A DNA stretch of 63,959 nt, filler included, from Octopus bimaculoides (Eukaryota), in NCBI RefSeq assembly GCF_001194135.2. It is 6 parts of 6 records of this genome, joined end to end, with 100 filler letters (N's around TTAATTAATTAA, not from the genome) between each part and the next. Parts side by side here need not be neighbours in the genome. Positions count along the whole stretch, not along the records: positions 62,783 to 63,959 come from NC_068991.1; 5 more parts are not named here. One strand, given 5' to 3'. The translations under genes and the position numbers were made by a program. The notes beneath the pieces are model-generated. The model was not told the DNA's origin. It did not search any database and was given only the letters and a program-made list of their open reading frames with translations. This document shows positions 62,783-63,959 of this stretch, one piece after another (the first letter of the stretch is position 1; every line of letters begins with the position of its first letter).

Positions 62783-63520
62783 TATTGCCAGTTGTTTCTG
62801 TGGTTGTTAGTTCCGTGACGGCCAGGTTTATGCTATTTATTATTGATGTTGTTTTATTGTCTATTTTGATTTTTGAGAGATATAATCTGTGGTCTATTCT
62901 AAGATCTGTGGTTTTCAGTTCTTTGGTTATTCTCATTTTCATAGTATCGTAATTATTAGGTTTCCCTTCGTTATTCCCAGGCTTTAGATTTGTTTTGCCT
63001 TCCTTTTCATTCATATGTTTGTCTGTGGTGTTCTGGATTGGTGCTTTTTGTACACTATTATACATCTCTACGGTCTGGGTTTGTTGTTTTTATTTACTTC
63101 GTTTTTGCCGGAAATGTTACGCTTGTCCTCGTGTTTTACTATCTCAGTGTCTATATTATTATTTGGCATTGCTGTGTGACTACTATCCTGATTTTCCTTT
63201 CAATTGTTCTATTTCTATTTCTGATTTTTTTTTTTTTTTTGCTTTTAGAATATATCTTCTTATGTTAGCTAGTTTGTTAGGGTTCATTGTTTTATCGAGG
63301 TCTTTAGTTACATTATTTTTCTTCCATATCTTATATGTATGTGTTGTTGCGTTTTCGCTTTTTGGGTAGAGCACTGCTGTGAAATAAGCGTGTACGATCG
63401 AAATGTATTCCTCACGTGTCCATTTATGCCGTTTTGGTTTTGTTTGCGGGACATGAGGAACAACGTCCGGCCCTTATTTTGACGGTCATCGTTTTCGTAG
63501 GGTACCGGTTCGTTCATTTC
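62783..63520 (-). mobile_element. Probable 5' region of an R4/Dong-like LINE adjoining a (TAA)n/(TGA)n array
   Basis: The minus-strand peptide DLRIDHRLYLSKIKIDNKTTSIINSINLAVTEL is weakly similar to the 47.1-kb fragment. Part of it is repeated at 16324-16461. Confidence 0.5.
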
Positions 63521-63524
63521 TTCT

Positions 63525-63688
<164 letters not shown>

Positions 63689-63959
63689 TTATATATAGTG
63701 TTTAAGCAATATGATTTTTAATGCATATACGATTGTAATAGAATTATATGACTGACGAAGAAGGCATGCATTTGTGTTACTGTTTGTGCAGTTAGATTCA
63801 ATTAACTGAAACAAATTAATTGTTGTAAGAACTTTTTGATGCTGGAAATACAACTGGATAACTTTGCATTAAACAGATTTCTCGAGCGCTTGATTGAAAT
63901 GAGAATATTATTCTATTAGTACTAGTGGCGTTTGTTTTCAGAATATATATATATATATA

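Overview
This is a gappy (about 8 kb of N), AT-rich, microsatellite-dense animal genomic window. The repeat content points to an octopus-type cephalopod (inference from tRNA-headed CORE-like, Meta-like and RTE-tailed SINEs plus dense (TA)n/(CA)n/(AAT)n/(CAT)n arrays). I could not identify any intact protein-coding gene. Nearly all ORFs in the supplied track come from microsatellites or N runs. The recognisable content is mobile DNA: (1) many SINE copies from at least five families, several with clear target-site duplications (TSDs); (2) decayed LINE pieces (RTE 3' ends, one CR1/Jockey-like 3' end, and R4/Dong-like pieces, two of them next to (TAA)n arrays); (3) two decayed mariner transposase pseudogenes; (4) two copies of a mariner derivative built from two left ends; (5) a pogo/Tc2-like MITE; (6) a 558-bp near-perfect fold-back. 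The most interesting observation is a tRNA-headed, SINE-like unit at 24801-25083 (minus strand). Its 3' part folds into a minimal type I hammerhead ribozyme of the kind found in Penelope-like elements, although this copy looks inactivated. A few isolated exon-like and promoter-like islands are listed at low confidence. All family assignments rest on motif recall and manual alignment, not database searches, and boundaries are approximate unless a TSD or terminal inverted repeat (TIR) is quoted.
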